DNA of 64,000 nucleotides from contig CAIVRE010000015.1 in the NCBI GenBank assembly GCA_903908245.1, forward strand, positions 5,468-69,467, written 5' to 3'. Numbering within the stretch: position 1 is the first letter of the stretch; each line of letters opens with the position of its first letter. This document shows, one piece after another, positions 51,996 to 64,000 of the stretch. A program made the translations under genes and the position numbers. The stretch comes from Candidatus Omnitrophota bacterium. GTDB taxonomy: Bacteria; Omnitrophota; Gorgyraeia; Zapsychrales; Fredricksoniimonadaceae. The notes beneath the pieces are model-generated. The model saw only the letters and a list, made by a program, of their open reading frames with translations. It was not told the DNA's origin and did no database searches.

Positions 51996-52073
51996 GGGGT
52001 GGTGGTGTAGTTTGGTTAACATATCAGCTTGTCACGCTGGAGATCGCGGGTTCAAGTCCCGTCCACCCCGCCA
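51996..52073 (+). tRNA. tRNA-Asp(GTC)
   Basis: GGGGTGG/CCACCCC acceptor, TCAGC-TTGTCAC-GCTGG, TTCAAGT, GCCA. Confidence 0.96.
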
Positions 52074-52079
52074 TTAAAC

Positions 52080-52114
52080 AAGAAAGCCCGCTTTTTCAGC
52101 GGGCTTTCTTGTTT
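52080..52114 (+). terminator. Terminator after tRNA-Asp
   Basis: aagaaagcccgct / agcgggctttctt stem. Confidence 0.85.
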
Positions 52115-52304
52115 AATGGCCGACCCGAAGGGAGCGAAGCGACCGGAGGGCGCCAAGTCTCCTGCCGAGCCAGAGCTTCCTCATATTTTGGGTGTGCAAA
52201 AGTGAAAAGAATTGATAATATATTTGTAAAGAGGCAACAGGTTTTTAACGATCGGCCCAGTCATCAGGCCAGAGATCCGGGTATTTTTGTTTTAAGGAAT
52301 AACC

Positions 52305-53597
52305 ATGAAGAATGAAACTGAAAAAGCACTCGTTAAAGCGGTAAAACTTTTGCAAGAACAGCTATTAGCAAAAGATATTGAAAGCCAGAAGGCCGAGCAA
52401 AAGATCCAGAAAGCTCGCGAATATGCCGAGAGTATCGTAGAGACAGTGCGCGTGCCTTTAATAGTGTTGAGTCACAAGCTCAGGGTGATCTCTGCCAATC
52501 AATCGTTCTATCGGGTTTTTAAAGTTTCTCCTCAGGAAACTGTAGGAGAATTTATTTATGATCTGGGAAATCGGCAGTGGAATATTCCCGGGCTGCGGCA
52601 TCTTTTGGAGAAGATCCTTCCTGATAATAAATTCTTCGAGGACTATGAGATCAGTCATGATTTCAAGGCCATCGGGCCCAGGGACATGCTTCTTAATGCC
52701 CGCCGCCTTGATAGCGTGCAGATGATCCTTCTGAGTATTGAGGATATTACGGATCGCAAGAAGAGCGAAAATAAATTGAGAAATTCAGAGATCAAATATA
52801 AGGCGTTATTTATGGGTGCGCCCGATGGGATGCTCGCGGTGAGAACACAAACGAAGCAGATCATTTACGCTAATCCGGCTGCCTGCAGGATGTTCGGATA
52901 CGCGGAAGAAGAGTTTGTGCAAAAAAGAGTTATGGATCTTCATCCAAAAAAGTTTATGAGTTATGTTTTGGCCTGTTTCAAGGCAGAGAAGAAGGACGTT
53001 AATCGTGTATTAACAAACCTTGCATGCCTGCGCCAGGACGGCAGCGTGTTTTATGTCGACGTCAGCTGGATCAATATCATTTTAGATGGCGAGGATTGCA
53101 TCTTGGGCATTTTTAATGATATCACCCAGCGTATGCAGGCGCAGGAGGCATTAAGAAGGTCTGAAAAAGAGCTAAAAGACGACAAGGTGCTTTTGGTACA
53201 AAAGAATTTGGCTTTAAAGGAATTGCTGGAACATATGGAGAGGGAAAAAGACAGGATGAGAGAAGATGTTGCGATCAACGTGGAAGAATTCATAGAACCG
53301 ATCCTGAAGAAACTGGCGATCAAGGGCGTTTCGCCCAAATATCTTGAATTGCTCGAGCAGCATTTGAAGGAACTGACATTGTCTTTTGGCCGCAAGATAA
53401 CCAACAGACGCGAGCGATTAACATCTCGCGAGATCGAGATCAGCAGCATGATCAAAGGCAACCTTACCAGTAAGGATATTGCCGGGCTTTTGAATGTTTC
53501 TTGCCAGACAATAGAAAAACACCGCAAAAATATCCGAAAGAAAATGGGCCTGTCGAACAAAAAGGCCAACCTTGCCTCATATCTTCAGAAGATCTGA
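52305..53597 (+). CDS. PAS-PAS-LuxR-type HTH regulator
   Basis: Two PAS domains (SANQSFY..LGNRQWNIP; YANPAACRMFGY); LTSREIEI..TSKDIA.LL..S..TIEKHRKNIRKK. Confidence 0.92.
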   Translation: MKNETEKALVKAVKLLQEQLLAKDIESQKAEQKIQKAREYAESIVETVRVPLIVLSHKLRVISANQSFYRVFKVSPQETVGEFIYDLGNRQWNIPGLRHLLEKILPDNKFFEDYEISHDFKAIGPRDMLLNARRLDSVQMILLSIEDITDRKKSENKLRNSEIKYKALFMGAPDGMLAVRTQTKQIIYANPAACRMFGYAEEEFVQKRVMDLHPKKFMSYVLACFKAEKKDVNRVLTNLACLRQDGSVFYVDVSWINIILDGEDCILGIFNDITQRMQAQEALRRSEKELKDDKVLLVQKNLALKELLEHMEREKDRMREDVAINVEEFIEPILKKLAIKGVSPKYLELLEQHLKELTLSFGRKITNRRERLTSREIEISSMIKGNLTSKDIAGLLNVSCQTIEKHRKNIRKKMGLSNKKANLASYLQKI

Positions 53598-53634
53598 TCT
53601 TTTCGACCAGCCCTTTATAAGCTCCCCCTGAAGG

Positions 53635-53668
53635 AATGGGTATATTCTATACCCATTTGATACCCATT
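53635..53668. promoter_or_regulatory. Putative LuxR/NarL-type operator cluster
   Basis: Perfect inverted repeat aatgggtata-ttc-tatacccatt plus a further tacccatt. Confidence 0.55.
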
Positions 53669-53772
53669 AATGCCCTATAGCATCGGTTACAATGCAGGGA
53701 TACAATTTGGACATATAGGAAGTGAGTGTCTGATATCGCATGTGTGTATTCAGGGAAAGGAATATTTTCTTT

Positions 53773-54039
53773 ATGAATCCATCCTGTGAAAAAGAAGCTG
53801 AAATAGGAACAATAGAAATGACCCGGCGCACAGGCATATCGTCCGAGCGATTGCGTTATTGGGAGAGATTTGGCATTGTTAAACCAGAATATGCCCAGTG
53901 CGGGATAAGAAAATTCAGGTGTTATTCTGCGGAAGATATCGACAGGGCTATTTTTGTGAAGAGGCTCATCGATAAGGAGGGGTATTCCCTCGCTGGCGCC
54001 CAAAGGAAGTTGGAAAAAGAGATGAAAGTTGGCCCCTGA
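53773..54039 (+). CDS. Small MerR-family HTH protein
   Basis: TGIS..RLRYWE..G...R.YS.EDI..GYSL. Confidence 0.85.
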   Translation: MNPSCEKEAEIGTIEMTRRTGISSERLRYWERFGIVKPEYAQCGIRKFRCYSAEDIDRAIFVKRLIDKEGYSLAGAQRKLEKEMKVGP

Positions 54040-54058
54040 AAGAATTAGAGAAGGCGTG

Positions 54059-55886
<1,828 letters not shown>

Positions 55887-55909
<23 letters not shown>

Positions 55910-56333
55910 GATACTTTTAGTCGAGGATAATCCGTCTGACGTTGAGCTTACACTGCGGGCGTTACAGAAGAAGAACCTTGATAATAAAATCCATGTGGTC
56001 ACTGATGGAGCCCAGGCGCTTGATTTTGTATTTTGTTCCGGAGCCTATCTCAACAGGAACATTAAAAATCCGCCCAAGGTTATTCTTCTCGACATTAAGC
56101 TCCCCAAGGTGGATGGCAAAGAGGTGCTCAGGCGCATCAAGGCGGATGAAAGGACGAAGATCATCCCCGTCGTGATCATGACTTCTTCTCAGGAGGAAAG
56201 TGATCTGATCGATAGTTATAATCTCGGCGCGAACAGCTATATCGTGAAGCCGATCGATTTTGAAAAGTTCTCTGAAACGATCAGGGCGCTTGGCATGTAT
56301 TGGGTTTTTATCAACAAGCCTCCGATCGTTTAA
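55887..56333 (+). CDS. Single-domain response regulator (Rcp1-like)
   Basis: LLVEDN..D, LLDIKLPKVDG, GANSYIVKP; GGAGG RBS. Confidence 0.93.
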
Positions 56334-56400
56334 AAGAAGGCATCAAAGGGGCAAAGTATCCGAGTTGACAGGCGGGATCTTTGGGAGAGAAGGAGGTTTT

Positions 56401-57309
56401 ATGGATAAAGAGATACGGATCTTGATCATAGAAGATTCTGAAGCGGACGTGGAGCTTCTCGCAAGACAGCTTGATCAATGCGGCTTGGCCTACACCTTGA
56501 AATGGGTGAAAACAAAAGAGGCATTTCAAAAACTGATCGGCGACTATATTCCGGACATGATCTTTAGTGATTTTAATATGCCAGGTTTTGGCGCTTCCGA
56601 GGCGCTGGAGATCGCAAAAGAAGTTTTCCCGGGAATTCCGTTTGCCGTCATTTCCGGCACCATTGCTGAGGATCGGGCGGTTGAGATGATGAAGGCAGGC
56701 GCGGTGGACTATATTATGAAAGACCGGCTCTACAAGTTAGCAGAGGTCATAAAGCGTGCTGTCCGGGAAAGAGAGGTTCGTGTCGATCTCAAGAAGGCGG
56801 AGGCGGAGATCCGCCAGTCGGCTGAACAGTGGAAGATGACGTTTGATGCCATGAGTGAAATGATCTTTGTTCAGGATAAGGATATGAATATTGTGAGGAT
56901 AAACAAGGCCTGTCTTAATGCGTTAAAAATGGATTCCAGGGACGTGATCGGCAAGAAATGTTTCGAGATCGTGCATCACCTGGATCATCCCTGGCTGTCC
57001 TGTCCTTTTAAGAAGAGCGAACTGGATAAAGAATCCCATACAGAAGAGGTCATTGATCCTCGGTTGGGGATCATCTTACAGGTCACTGTTGCTCCCATTC
57101 TTGGGATCGATGGAGAATGGCTGGGCGCGGTCCATGTCGCCAGGGATATTACACAGGAAAAGAAGGTCACAAAGCAAACGGAAGCGCATTTGCATGAGTT
57201 GGAGATTTATTACAAAGCGAGCATGGGCCGGGAAGAGCGTATTCTGGCATTGAAAGAAGAGATCGACCAGTTGAAAGAGGATCTGGCCAAATTCAAAAAG
57301 AGTGTCTGA
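56401..57309 (+). CDS. REC-PAS protein ending in a short coiled coil, no output domain
   Basis: IIEDS, SDFNMP, GAVDYIMK, PAS, SMGREERILALKEE; AGGAGG RBS. Confidence 0.88.
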   Translation: MDKEIRILIIEDSEADVELLARQLDQCGLAYTLKWVKTKEAFQKLIGDYIPDMIFSDFNMPGFGASEALEIAKEVFPGIPFAVISGTIAEDRAVEMMKAGAVDYIMKDRLYKLAEVIKRAVREREVRVDLKKAEAEIRQSAEQWKMTFDAMSEMIFVQDKDMNIVRINKACLNALKMDSRDVIGKKCFEIVHHLDHPWLSCPFKKSELDKESHTEEVIDPRLGIILQVTVAPILGIDGEWLGAVHVARDITQEKKVTKQTEAHLHELEIYYKASMGREERILALKEEIDQLKEDLAKFKKSV

Positions 57310-57338
57310 ATGCCGGGCAAATTCAGGAAGAAGGTCTT

Positions 57339-59141
57339 ATGGTGAAAGACAATAACAGGCTTCAACACATGAGCGTGGCCATGCCTGAGGGGAAGGCTGT
57401 TGCGATCATGCAACAGATGTCAGAGATCATCAGTGTCTTGATCTTTTTTGGCGGATGTATTGTCCTGATGGGGTGGGCATTGGATATTGCGGCTTTGAAG
57501 AGCGTCCTTCCGGGACTGGTCACGATGAAGGCCAATACGGCGCTTTGTTTTGTCCTGATCGGTCTGGCCTTGTGGTGTCTGCAGATGAAGCGGGCGGATC
57601 ATGTCTGGTCGCGTTTAACCGCGGAACTATGTGTTTTTGTGCTTTTGTCCATCGGTCTTGTGACGATGTGTGAGTATGCCTTTCAATGGAACCCGGGCAT
57701 TGATCAATTATTGTTCCAGGACTCGGCCAGCGCTGTTTTGACGTCTTCTCCTGGAAGAATGGCTTTAAATACGGCGATCAACTTCGTATTGATCGCTTTA
57801 GCTTTCTTATTCTCAAGTCGCAAGAGGGTGAGGCTTGATCATGTGGCACAGAGTTTGACTTTGTTTGTTGTCTACACGTCCCTTTTAGCTCTCGTGGGGT
57901 ATTTTTATGGGGCAGCGCCTCTTTATTTTGGTCAGAAGTTCAGTACGGCCATGGCGTTCCATACGGCGGTTTTTTTTGTCCTGTCGGCCTTCGGGATCTT
58001 TTTTTTACGTTCCGAGAGAGGTTTCATGGCCCAGGTCACCTCTGATCTTATGGGAGGCAATATCCTGCGTCGAATATTACCAGTTGCGATCCTTGTTCCG
58101 ATCAGCATGGGATTTTTCGAGATATTCGCGCAAAGAATAACCTTGTTCAGCAATGAATTTGGCGTTTCGCTGGTGGCGATGGGAAATCTTTCCTTTGTTG
58201 TGCTGTATATTTATTTTCTTGGAAGGCTGTTGAATTATTCGGATGCCGGGCGAAAAGGGCAGGAGGATTCAACAGCTGCAGCAAAAGAATATCTTGAAAA
58301 GATCATCAATGCCGTGGCTGACCCCATCTTTGTCAAGGATCAGGAGCATCGCTGGGTCTTGTATAATTCCGCCTTTCTTGCATTTATTGGACGCAAGGCT
58401 GGGGAATTACAGGGAAAGTCTGATTATGATTTTTTTCCCAGGGAGCAGGCGGATATTTTCTGGAAGAAAGATGAAGAGGTGTTTTTCGGAGGAAAAGAGA
58501 TCATTAATGAGGAGTTCTTCACGGACGGAAAAGGGACCCTCAGGACGATCATTACCAAGAAGACATTATATGAAGACCCATCAGGTAGGAAGTATATCGT
58601 GGGGATCATTCAGGATATTACGGACCGAAAGGTTGTGGAGGAGGCTCTTAAGGCAAGTGAAGTTCGTCATCGGGAGATGTTTGGCCGGATGAGAAGCGGT
58701 GTGGCTGTTTACGAGGCGAAAAAGGACGGCGAGGATTTTATTCTCAGAGATTTTAATCCGGAGGCTGAGCGTACCAATCAAGTGAAGAGGGAAGATATTC
58801 TCGGGAGGAGCGTTTTGGATGTTTTTCCAAACGTCCGTGATACGGGCATCTTCAATGTTTTTCAGCGTGTTTGGAAGACCGGGATATCCGAAAATTATCC
58901 TGCTGTCTTTTACAAGGATGAACGTATAGCCCGCTGGTTCGAGAACGATGTTTATAAGCTTCCTTCTGGGGAGATCGTTGCTATCTTTAATGATGTCACT
59001 GAGCAGAAAATGGCAGGAGAAGAGGTGCGTAAGCGTATCAAGGAAATGGAGATCTTGTATAAGGTGAGCATGGGGAGGGAAGAACGTATCCTGGAGTTAA
59101 AAAAGAAAGTCATGGAGCTGGAGTTGAAGCTTGGGACGTAG
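57339..59141 (+). CDS. Multi-TM sensor with two PAS domains ending in a short coiled coil
   Basis: MKANTA..GRMA.NTA membrane domain, two PAS domains, SMGREERILELKKK; start uncertain. Confidence 0.85.
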   Translation: MVKDNNRLQHMSVAMPEGKAVAIMQQMSEIISVLIFFGGCIVLMGWALDIAALKSVLPGLVTMKANTALCFVLIGLALWCLQMKRADHVWSRLTAELCVFVLLSIGLVTMCEYAFQWNPGIDQLLFQDSASAVLTSSPGRMALNTAINFVLIALAFLFSSRKRVRLDHVAQSLTLFVVYTSLLALVGYFYGAAPLYFGQKFSTAMAFHTAVFFVLSAFGIFFLRSERGFMAQVTSDLMGGNILRRILPVAILVPISMGFFEIFAQRITLFSNEFGVSLVAMGNLSFVVLYIYFLGRLLNYSDAGRKGQEDSTAAAKEYLEKIINAVADPIFVKDQEHRWVLYNSAFLAFIGRKAGELQGKSDYDFFPREQADIFWKKDEEVFFGGKEIINEEFFTDGKGTLRTIITKKTLYEDPSGRKYIVGIIQDITDRKVVEEALKASEVRHREMFGRMRSGVAVYEAKKDGEDFILRDFNPEAERTNQVKREDILGRSVLDVFPNVRDTGIFNVFQRVWKTGISENYPAVFYKDERIARWFENDVYKLPSGEIVAIFNDVTEQKMAGEEVRKRIKEMEILYKVSMGREERILELKKKVMELELKLGT

Positions 59142-59178
59142 TTTTACAGATCGGGATCGCTAACGCAGGTGTTTTGTC

Positions 59179-61671
59179 ATGATGAAAACAGGCATTCAAA
59201 AAAAAAGCATACGGTTTGTGCTTGTCGTTGTTGGCATTATGGCGATAGCCCTGACAGTAGCGGGCTTTTTAAGTGTATGGAAGATGCGTTTTGATACCAT
59301 TGGCCAGAGGCAAAAACAGGATGCCGTGCTGTTCTCAACTTTTATTACCCTTCAAATTGAACATACCGTTTCGAATTTGGGATCTTATGTGGTGAGCCCC
59401 TGGTGGCGTGATGCGCTCGATCAGGCTAATCTTACTTATGTTAACTGGAACCCCCAGGCCATCCAGAAGTATATGGCGCGCATGGACGAGGAGTGGGTGT
59501 CGGCGCCCTTTAACAGCCCGGTCATTCAAGAGCGGCTCGGCTCCCGGATGAGTCAGAGATTAAAGATATTGGCGGATCAGGATGTCACGATCGCGAAAAT
59601 GCTTCTTACAGATAAATATGGCGGTTTGGTGGCCTCCTCGAACAGATCAAGCGATTTCTATCAGGCGGATGAGGACTGGTGGCAGCGTGCCTACAATAAA
59701 GGCCAGGGCGCCATCTTCTGGGGAGGCGTGGAACTTGACCCCTCGAGCCAGAAAATTTCCTGCCCTGTTGCCATTCCGGTCAAAGATCAGACAGGACAGG
59801 TCATTGGTGTCTTAAAGACCAGCCTGGATATTTCCGTATTTTTTCAGTCTTTACTGAAGTATCAATTCGGGAAGACAGGGCATGTGTCCTTGTTAAATGA
59901 GCAGGGGGACGTTATCTATCACCCCGGGCTGGCGCCCATGAGCAAGTTTGTGTTATCAGGTCCTGATCTGGGCCGTTTGTTAAGATCAAAGAACGGTTTT
60001 GAGATCGTCAAAGGTTGTACAGGAAAAATGGCGCTGGTTTCTGCTTCCCGGGTTCAGAGCCCGTATCTTGAAACAAATGGGATCCACTGGATCATCTTTG
60101 TTGCACAAGAACAAGATGAAATTTCTTATCCGCTGTATATGATCTTTGCCGGGTCGCTTGTTTTTGTGTTGATCATTTCATCGGGGATCGTGTTTTTTAT
60201 GCGCAAGATGATCCGGGACGTCTTTATTGCTCCGTTACTCAGGATCCAGGAAGGTGTACGGCATTTTTCTAAAGGAGATCTGGACCATCGCATTGATCTG
60301 AAGACGGCGGATGAGTTCGAATTGTTGGCAACGTCTTTAAACGAAGCTGCCGGTCATCTTAAAGAAACCATGGTATCGAAGGACAAGCTGTTATCTGAAA
60401 TAGAACGGCGCCAACAGCTGGAAAAGGACTTGATAGAGAGCGAAAAGAGATTCATCGATGTTATGTATGCTTCTCCCGACGCCATTCTTCTGATAGCGGG
60501 GGACAAGTTTGTGGATTCTAACGAAGCCACGGCCCGAATGCTGGGATATGCGAGCCGGGAGGACTTTTTGATGACGCATCCCTCGCAATTGTCTCCCCCC
60601 CGGCAGCCGGACGGGCAGAGTTCTTTTGAAAAAGCCAATGAGATGATGAAGATCGCGGCCGAACGGGGATCCCACCGGTTTGAATGGGTGCACCGCAAGG
60701 CGAATGGAGAAGACTTCTTGGTCGAGGTGTCTCTTACGCCTATTGTCATAAAAGGCAAGACCGTTCTCCACTGTGTATGGATCGATCTCACCAGAAAGAT
60801 CCAGGATGAAGAGAAACTCAAGCTCATTCAGCTGAGTTTGACGGAGCGGTCCGAGCAATTGGGGAATTCTTTGAAAGAGGCGTTCAAATCCCGCGAGATC
60901 CTGACGAGCATGCTGGAGGACAACAATGAGGCGACGGAAAAGCTGAAAGAAAATATCAGGGAATTAAAGCGTTCCCAGAGCATGCTGATCCACTCTGAAA
61001 AGCTGGCATCTTTGGGGCGGCTTGTTTCCGAGATCGCCCACGAGGTTAATAATCCGTTGATGATCATTTCCGGGAATGCACAGTTATCATTGATGTCAGC
61101 GGCGACAAGTGACAAGGAGAAAAAGAGCGCGGGCAAGATCGTCAAGGAATGCGAGAGGGCCAAGGAGGTTATCCGCCGGGTTCTCAGGTTCGCCCGGCCG
61201 AGCAAGGGAGAAGTCAAGGATGTGAATATCATCCAGAGCATTGAGGCTGTTGCCTGTCTTTTGGAAAAGCAGTATATGTTGAACAACAATGTGGAGATCA
61301 AAAGAGATTATCTGACAAAGGACATCTATATCCCGGTGGATGATCTGCAGCTTCAGGAAGTGTTCATGAATCTTTTGAATAATGCCAAGGAAGCCATGCC
61401 TCATGGCGGTGTTGTTACGATCACGACTTCTTTGGAAGGCGATTTTTTGAAGATCGATTTTAAGGATACGGGGGAGGGCATGACGGAAGAGGTGATGCAC
61501 AAGATCATGGAGCCGTTCTTTACGACCAAAGAGACAGGGACCGGGATCGGGCTGGCGGTTTGTTACGGGATCATCAAGGTGCATGGCGGGGAAATAAAAT
61601 TTGAGAGTGAGTTGGGCAAGGGAACGACAGCAACGATATTGCTGCCATTGGCGGGGGGGGGTAAATCGTAA
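59179..61671 (+). CDS. Sensor histidine kinase (Cache, HAMP, PAS, NtrB-like HisKA/HATPase)
   Basis: EKLASLG..AHEVNNPL, NLLNNA, EPFFTTK..GTGIGL. Confidence 0.93.
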   Translation: MMKTGIQKKSIRFVLVVVGIMAIALTVAGFLSVWKMRFDTIGQRQKQDAVLFSTFITLQIEHTVSNLGSYVVSPWWRDALDQANLTYVNWNPQAIQKYMARMDEEWVSAPFNSPVIQERLGSRMSQRLKILADQDVTIAKMLLTDKYGGLVASSNRSSDFYQADEDWWQRAYNKGQGAIFWGGVELDPSSQKISCPVAIPVKDQTGQVIGVLKTSLDISVFFQSLLKYQFGKTGHVSLLNEQGDVIYHPGLAPMSKFVLSGPDLGRLLRSKNGFEIVKGCTGKMALVSASRVQSPYLETNGIHWIIFVAQEQDEISYPLYMIFAGSLVFVLIISSGIVFFMRKMIRDVFIAPLLRIQEGVRHFSKGDLDHRIDLKTADEFELLATSLNEAAGHLKETMVSKDKLLSEIERRQQLEKDLIESEKRFIDVMYASPDAILLIAGDKFVDSNEATARMLGYASREDFLMTHPSQLSPPRQPDGQSSFEKANEMMKIAAERGSHRFEWVHRKANGEDFLVEVSLTPIVIKGKTVLHCVWIDLTRKIQDEEKLKLIQLSLTERSEQLGNSLKEAFKSREILTSMLEDNNEATEKLKENIRELKRSQSMLIHSEKLASLGRLVSEIAHEVNNPLMIISGNAQLSLMSAATSDKEKKSAGKIVKECERAKEVIRRVLRFARPSKGEVKDVNIIQSIEAVACLLEKQYMLNNNVEIKRDYLTKDIYIPVDDLQLQEVFMNLLNNAKEAMPHGGVVTITTSLEGDFLKIDFKDTGEGMTEEVMHKIMEPFFTTKETGTGIGLAVCYGIIKVHGGEIKFESELGKGTTATILLPLAGGGKS

Positions 61672-62054
61672 TGGCTAAGATATTGGTCGTTGATGATGAG
61701 GAAGGGATCGTCGAGGTGTTCGTCGAATTCTTGGCCCAGGAGGGTTTTGAGGTCATTTCGGCCTCCGGGGGCGGGGAGGCCATTGGGCTTTTAAAGGCAG
61801 GCGTGGCCATGGATCTAATGATCCTTGATATGAAGATGCCCAGGATCACAGGGTTAGATGTGCTGAAGGTTAAGAAGGACTTGCAAGATATCCGGCCGGT
61901 CATCATTTTAACGGGATCCATGGGGCAGGAGAAAATTTATAAAGACTTGGAAGGATTGGGATTCCGCTGGGAAGATGTTATTTATAAACCCGTTGATCTG
62001 CTTTTGCTTTTAAATGAAGTCAAAAAGAAACTTGGGATGAACAGGCATTTATGA
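61671..62054 (+). CDS. Single-domain response regulator
   Basis: LVVDDE, LDMKMP, TG, KP. Confidence 0.92.
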   Translation: MAKILVVDDEEGIVEVFVEFLAQEGFEVISASGGGEAIGLLKAGVAMDLMILDMKMPRITGLDVLKVKKDLQDIRPVIILTGSMGQEKIYKDLEGLGFRWEDVIYKPVDLLLLLNEVKKKLGMNRHL

Positions 62055-63112
62055 ATACGGCCAGGAACAACATAAAGGTCCTTATCGTTGAAGATGATCC
62101 GGCAGCCGCCGACTTGTATCTTGAGATATTCAGGATGCCGGGAAGGGTGGCCTTTGATGTCAAATGGGCGGATCGCCTGTCGAAAGCTTTGGAATATGAG
62201 AGCCGCGAGGCATTCGACGTGATCTTGTCCGATCTGGGCCTGCCGGATTCCAGAGGATTAAATACTTTCGAGAAGGTTAAAGAACAGGCGCAGGATGCTC
62301 CCATTATTATTTTAACTGGTTCTGAAGAGGAAACGCTGGCGGCGCAGGCTATCGGAGGCGGCGCCCAGGATTATATTTCAAAAGGGCGAGTGGATTATCA
62401 TATCCTTTTGCGGGCGATAACCTATGCGATCGAACGCAGCCGGATACAGAAAGATCTCCAGGATGCGAAGAAAGGCCTTGAGATGAAAGTCCGGGAGCGC
62501 ACCGCCGATCTGCAGGCATCCTTTGTCTATCTGATCAATGCTCTTGCCCGGGCGGCCGAGGCCAACGATGAAGACACGGGGGACCATATCCTGAGGGTCG
62601 GTGAATATTGTGCCGTGATCTCGCGGCAGATGAGAATGCCGCAGGAGTTCTCGGACGCCATCTGTTCGCAGGCCCCGTTGCATGATGTGGGCAAGATCCA
62701 TGTGCCGTCCACCATTCTAAAGAAGACGGGCAGCCTGACATCGGAGGAGTGGGAGGAAATGAAAAAACATACCCTCTACGGCGCGAAAATAATCGGCGAC
62801 CATCCCAAGTTCGCAATAGCCAAGTCGGTCACGCTGACCCACCATGAGAAATGGGACGGCAGCGGGTATCCCCGCGGCCTGAAAGGTGAAGAGATCCCCG
62901 TCGAGGGGCGGATCGTGACGATCGCCGATCAGTATGATGCATTAAGAAATGCGCGGGCCTATAAACCGGCGTTCGACCACGGAACGACGTGCGAGATCAT
63001 TATCAAGGGTGACGGAAGGACAAAGCCGGAGCACTTCGATCCCGAGGTCCTGGATGCCTTTGAACAGACAGCATCTGTCTTGGAAGAATTGTACGAAAAA
63101 ATGAAGCGGTGA
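62051..63112 (+). CDS. REC-HD-GYP cyclic-di-GMP phosphodiesterase
   Basis: REC; [25 protein letters not shown]. Confidence 0.94.
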   Translation: MNTARNNIKVLIVEDDPAAADLYLEIFRMPGRVAFDVKWADRLSKALEYESREAFDVILSDLGLPDSRGLNTFEKVKEQAQDAPIIILTGSEEETLAAQAIGGGAQDYISKGRVDYHILLRAITYAIERSRIQKDLQDAKKGLEMKVRERTADLQASFVYLINALARAAEANDEDTGDHILRVGEYCAVISRQMRMPQEFSDAICSQAPLHDVGKIHVPSTILKKTGSLTSEEWEEMKKHTLYGAKIIGDHPKFAIAKSVTLTHHEKWDGSGYPRGLKGEEIPVEGRIVTIADQYDALRNARAYKPAFDHGTTCEIIIKGDGRTKPEHFDPEVLDAFEQTASVLEELYEKMKR

Positions 63113-63114
63113 CT

Positions 63115-64000
63115 ATGAAAGCAATAAATGTTGTCATTCTCGATGATGAACTTGAGATCCTGGATGTGTGCGGACGCCTGTTTGAAGACGAGCCGTTCGC
63201 TTTCCTGGCAACGTCCGATCATAAAGAAGCGATGCGTGCGATAGAGGCAATGGATATAAAAGTTATCCTTTCGGATAATCGTATGCCGGGCATCCTTGGC
63301 GTTGAATTCCTGAGACAGGTCAAAGAGAAGAGGCCGGATGTCATCAGGGTCCTTTTTACCGGGCATGCGGATGTCCAGTTGGCCGAAGATGCGATCAACA
63401 AAGGCGAGGTCTATCGCTTTCTCAACAAGCCGTTCGATCTGAAACAGCTTTTGATGCTGGTGAGGGAGGCGATCGAGAAATTTGATCTGCTAAGGAACAA
63501 TCAACGGCTTGCCGGCAGCATCCAGAAGAGGAACGAGGAGCTCGAGGTATTGAGCGTGAAGTTAAAGAACATGTACGATGTGCAAAAGCAGTTCACCTAT
63601 ACGGTATCGCATGAATTGCGTACGCCATTGGCAGCCATCAAGTCTTCGATCGATATTTTGAATACGGAAATGCCCGGCAAGCTCTCCGACGAGCAGAAAA
63701 TGTTCATCACGGGGGCGAAATCGGGTATTGATCGTTTGGCGCGCCTGATCAACGATGTCCTGGATCTCGCCAAGCTGGAGTCGGGGAAGATGGCGATGGA
63801 CCTTGTGTCCGTTCCTCCTGCGGCCCTGGTGCAGGAGATCGTTTCGATGCAGGGCATGGTTGTTCAGGAGAAGGGGCTAACGCTGGAGACGGAATTCGGT
63901 GCGGACCTTCCCGTGATCCTGGTTGATAAGGACCGGCTGGCCCAGGTCTTCAGCAATTTGATCAATAATGCCATGAAGTTCACAAAAGAGGGGAAGATCA
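63115..64000 (+). CDS. Hybrid REC-histidine kinase, truncated by the window end (absent from the ORF track)
   Basis: Manual translation: MKAINVVILDDE..SDNRMP..NKPF..VSHELRTPL..NLINNAMKFT with no stop. Confidence 0.92.
   Translation, partial: MKAINVVILDDELEILDVCGRLFEDEPFAFLATSDHKEAMRAIEAMDIKVILSDNRMPGILGVEFLRQVKEKRPDVIRVLFTGHADVQLAEDAINKGEVYRFLNKPFDLKQLLMLVREAIEKFDLLRNNQRLAGSIQKRNEELEVLSVKLKNMYDVQKQFTYTVSHELRTPLAAIKSSIDILNTEMPGKLSDEQKMFITGAKSGIDRLARLINDVLDLAKLESGKMAMDLVSVPPAALVQEIVSMQGMVVQEKGLTLETEFGADLPVILVDKDRLAQVFSNLINNAMKFTKEGKI

Noticed and set aside
52120-52175. att site or tRNA fragment after tRNA-Asp
   Set aside because: No exact copy of the tRNA 3' end; looks like a REP-type remnant (gagcgaagcgac).
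59198-59206. A9 tract near the kinase start as a phase-variation site
   Set aside because: Short A-runs encoding Lys are common; no support without reads.
61653-61661. G9 tract as a switch fusing the kinase to the receiver
   Set aside because: Both shifted frames reach a stop within a few codons, so no fusion results; the tract probably serves as the RBS.

Overview
Bacterial chromosomal window, mostly + strand. The protein families suggest a Candidatus Omnitrophota-like organism; this is inference from recalled motifs, not a database result. In order: (1) a 5'-truncated, probably exported 'shell + cargo' protein whose middle holds a UDP-sugar pyrophosphorylase-like domain and a nucleoside-diphosphate-kinase-like domain, convergent with a TMTC-like TPR glycosyltransferase; (2) a glutamine-centred cluster: GAF-GAF-ANTAR regulator, a dual-hexaloop/terminator leader, type III glutamine synthetase, GATase, nadE, gltB (split by a 1-nt frameshift), gltD, lnt fused to a Gln/Ala-rich protein, carAB, purF, pyrG; (3) a repeat-rich spacer and tRNA-Leu; (4) rpe, a Flp/Tad-type prepilin carrying a thrombospondin-like motif and six 8-Cys repeats, a FIST-HK-REC/GGDEF operon, tRNA-Glu; (5) housekeeping genes including a divergent stand-alone L27, glmS, a secreted S74-chaperone fibre protein and a PyrR-attenuated pyr operon; (6) tRNA-Val and tRNA-Asp, then an AT-richer block made only of signalling genes that runs off the window end. 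No CRISPR, integrase, transposase or rRNA was seen.
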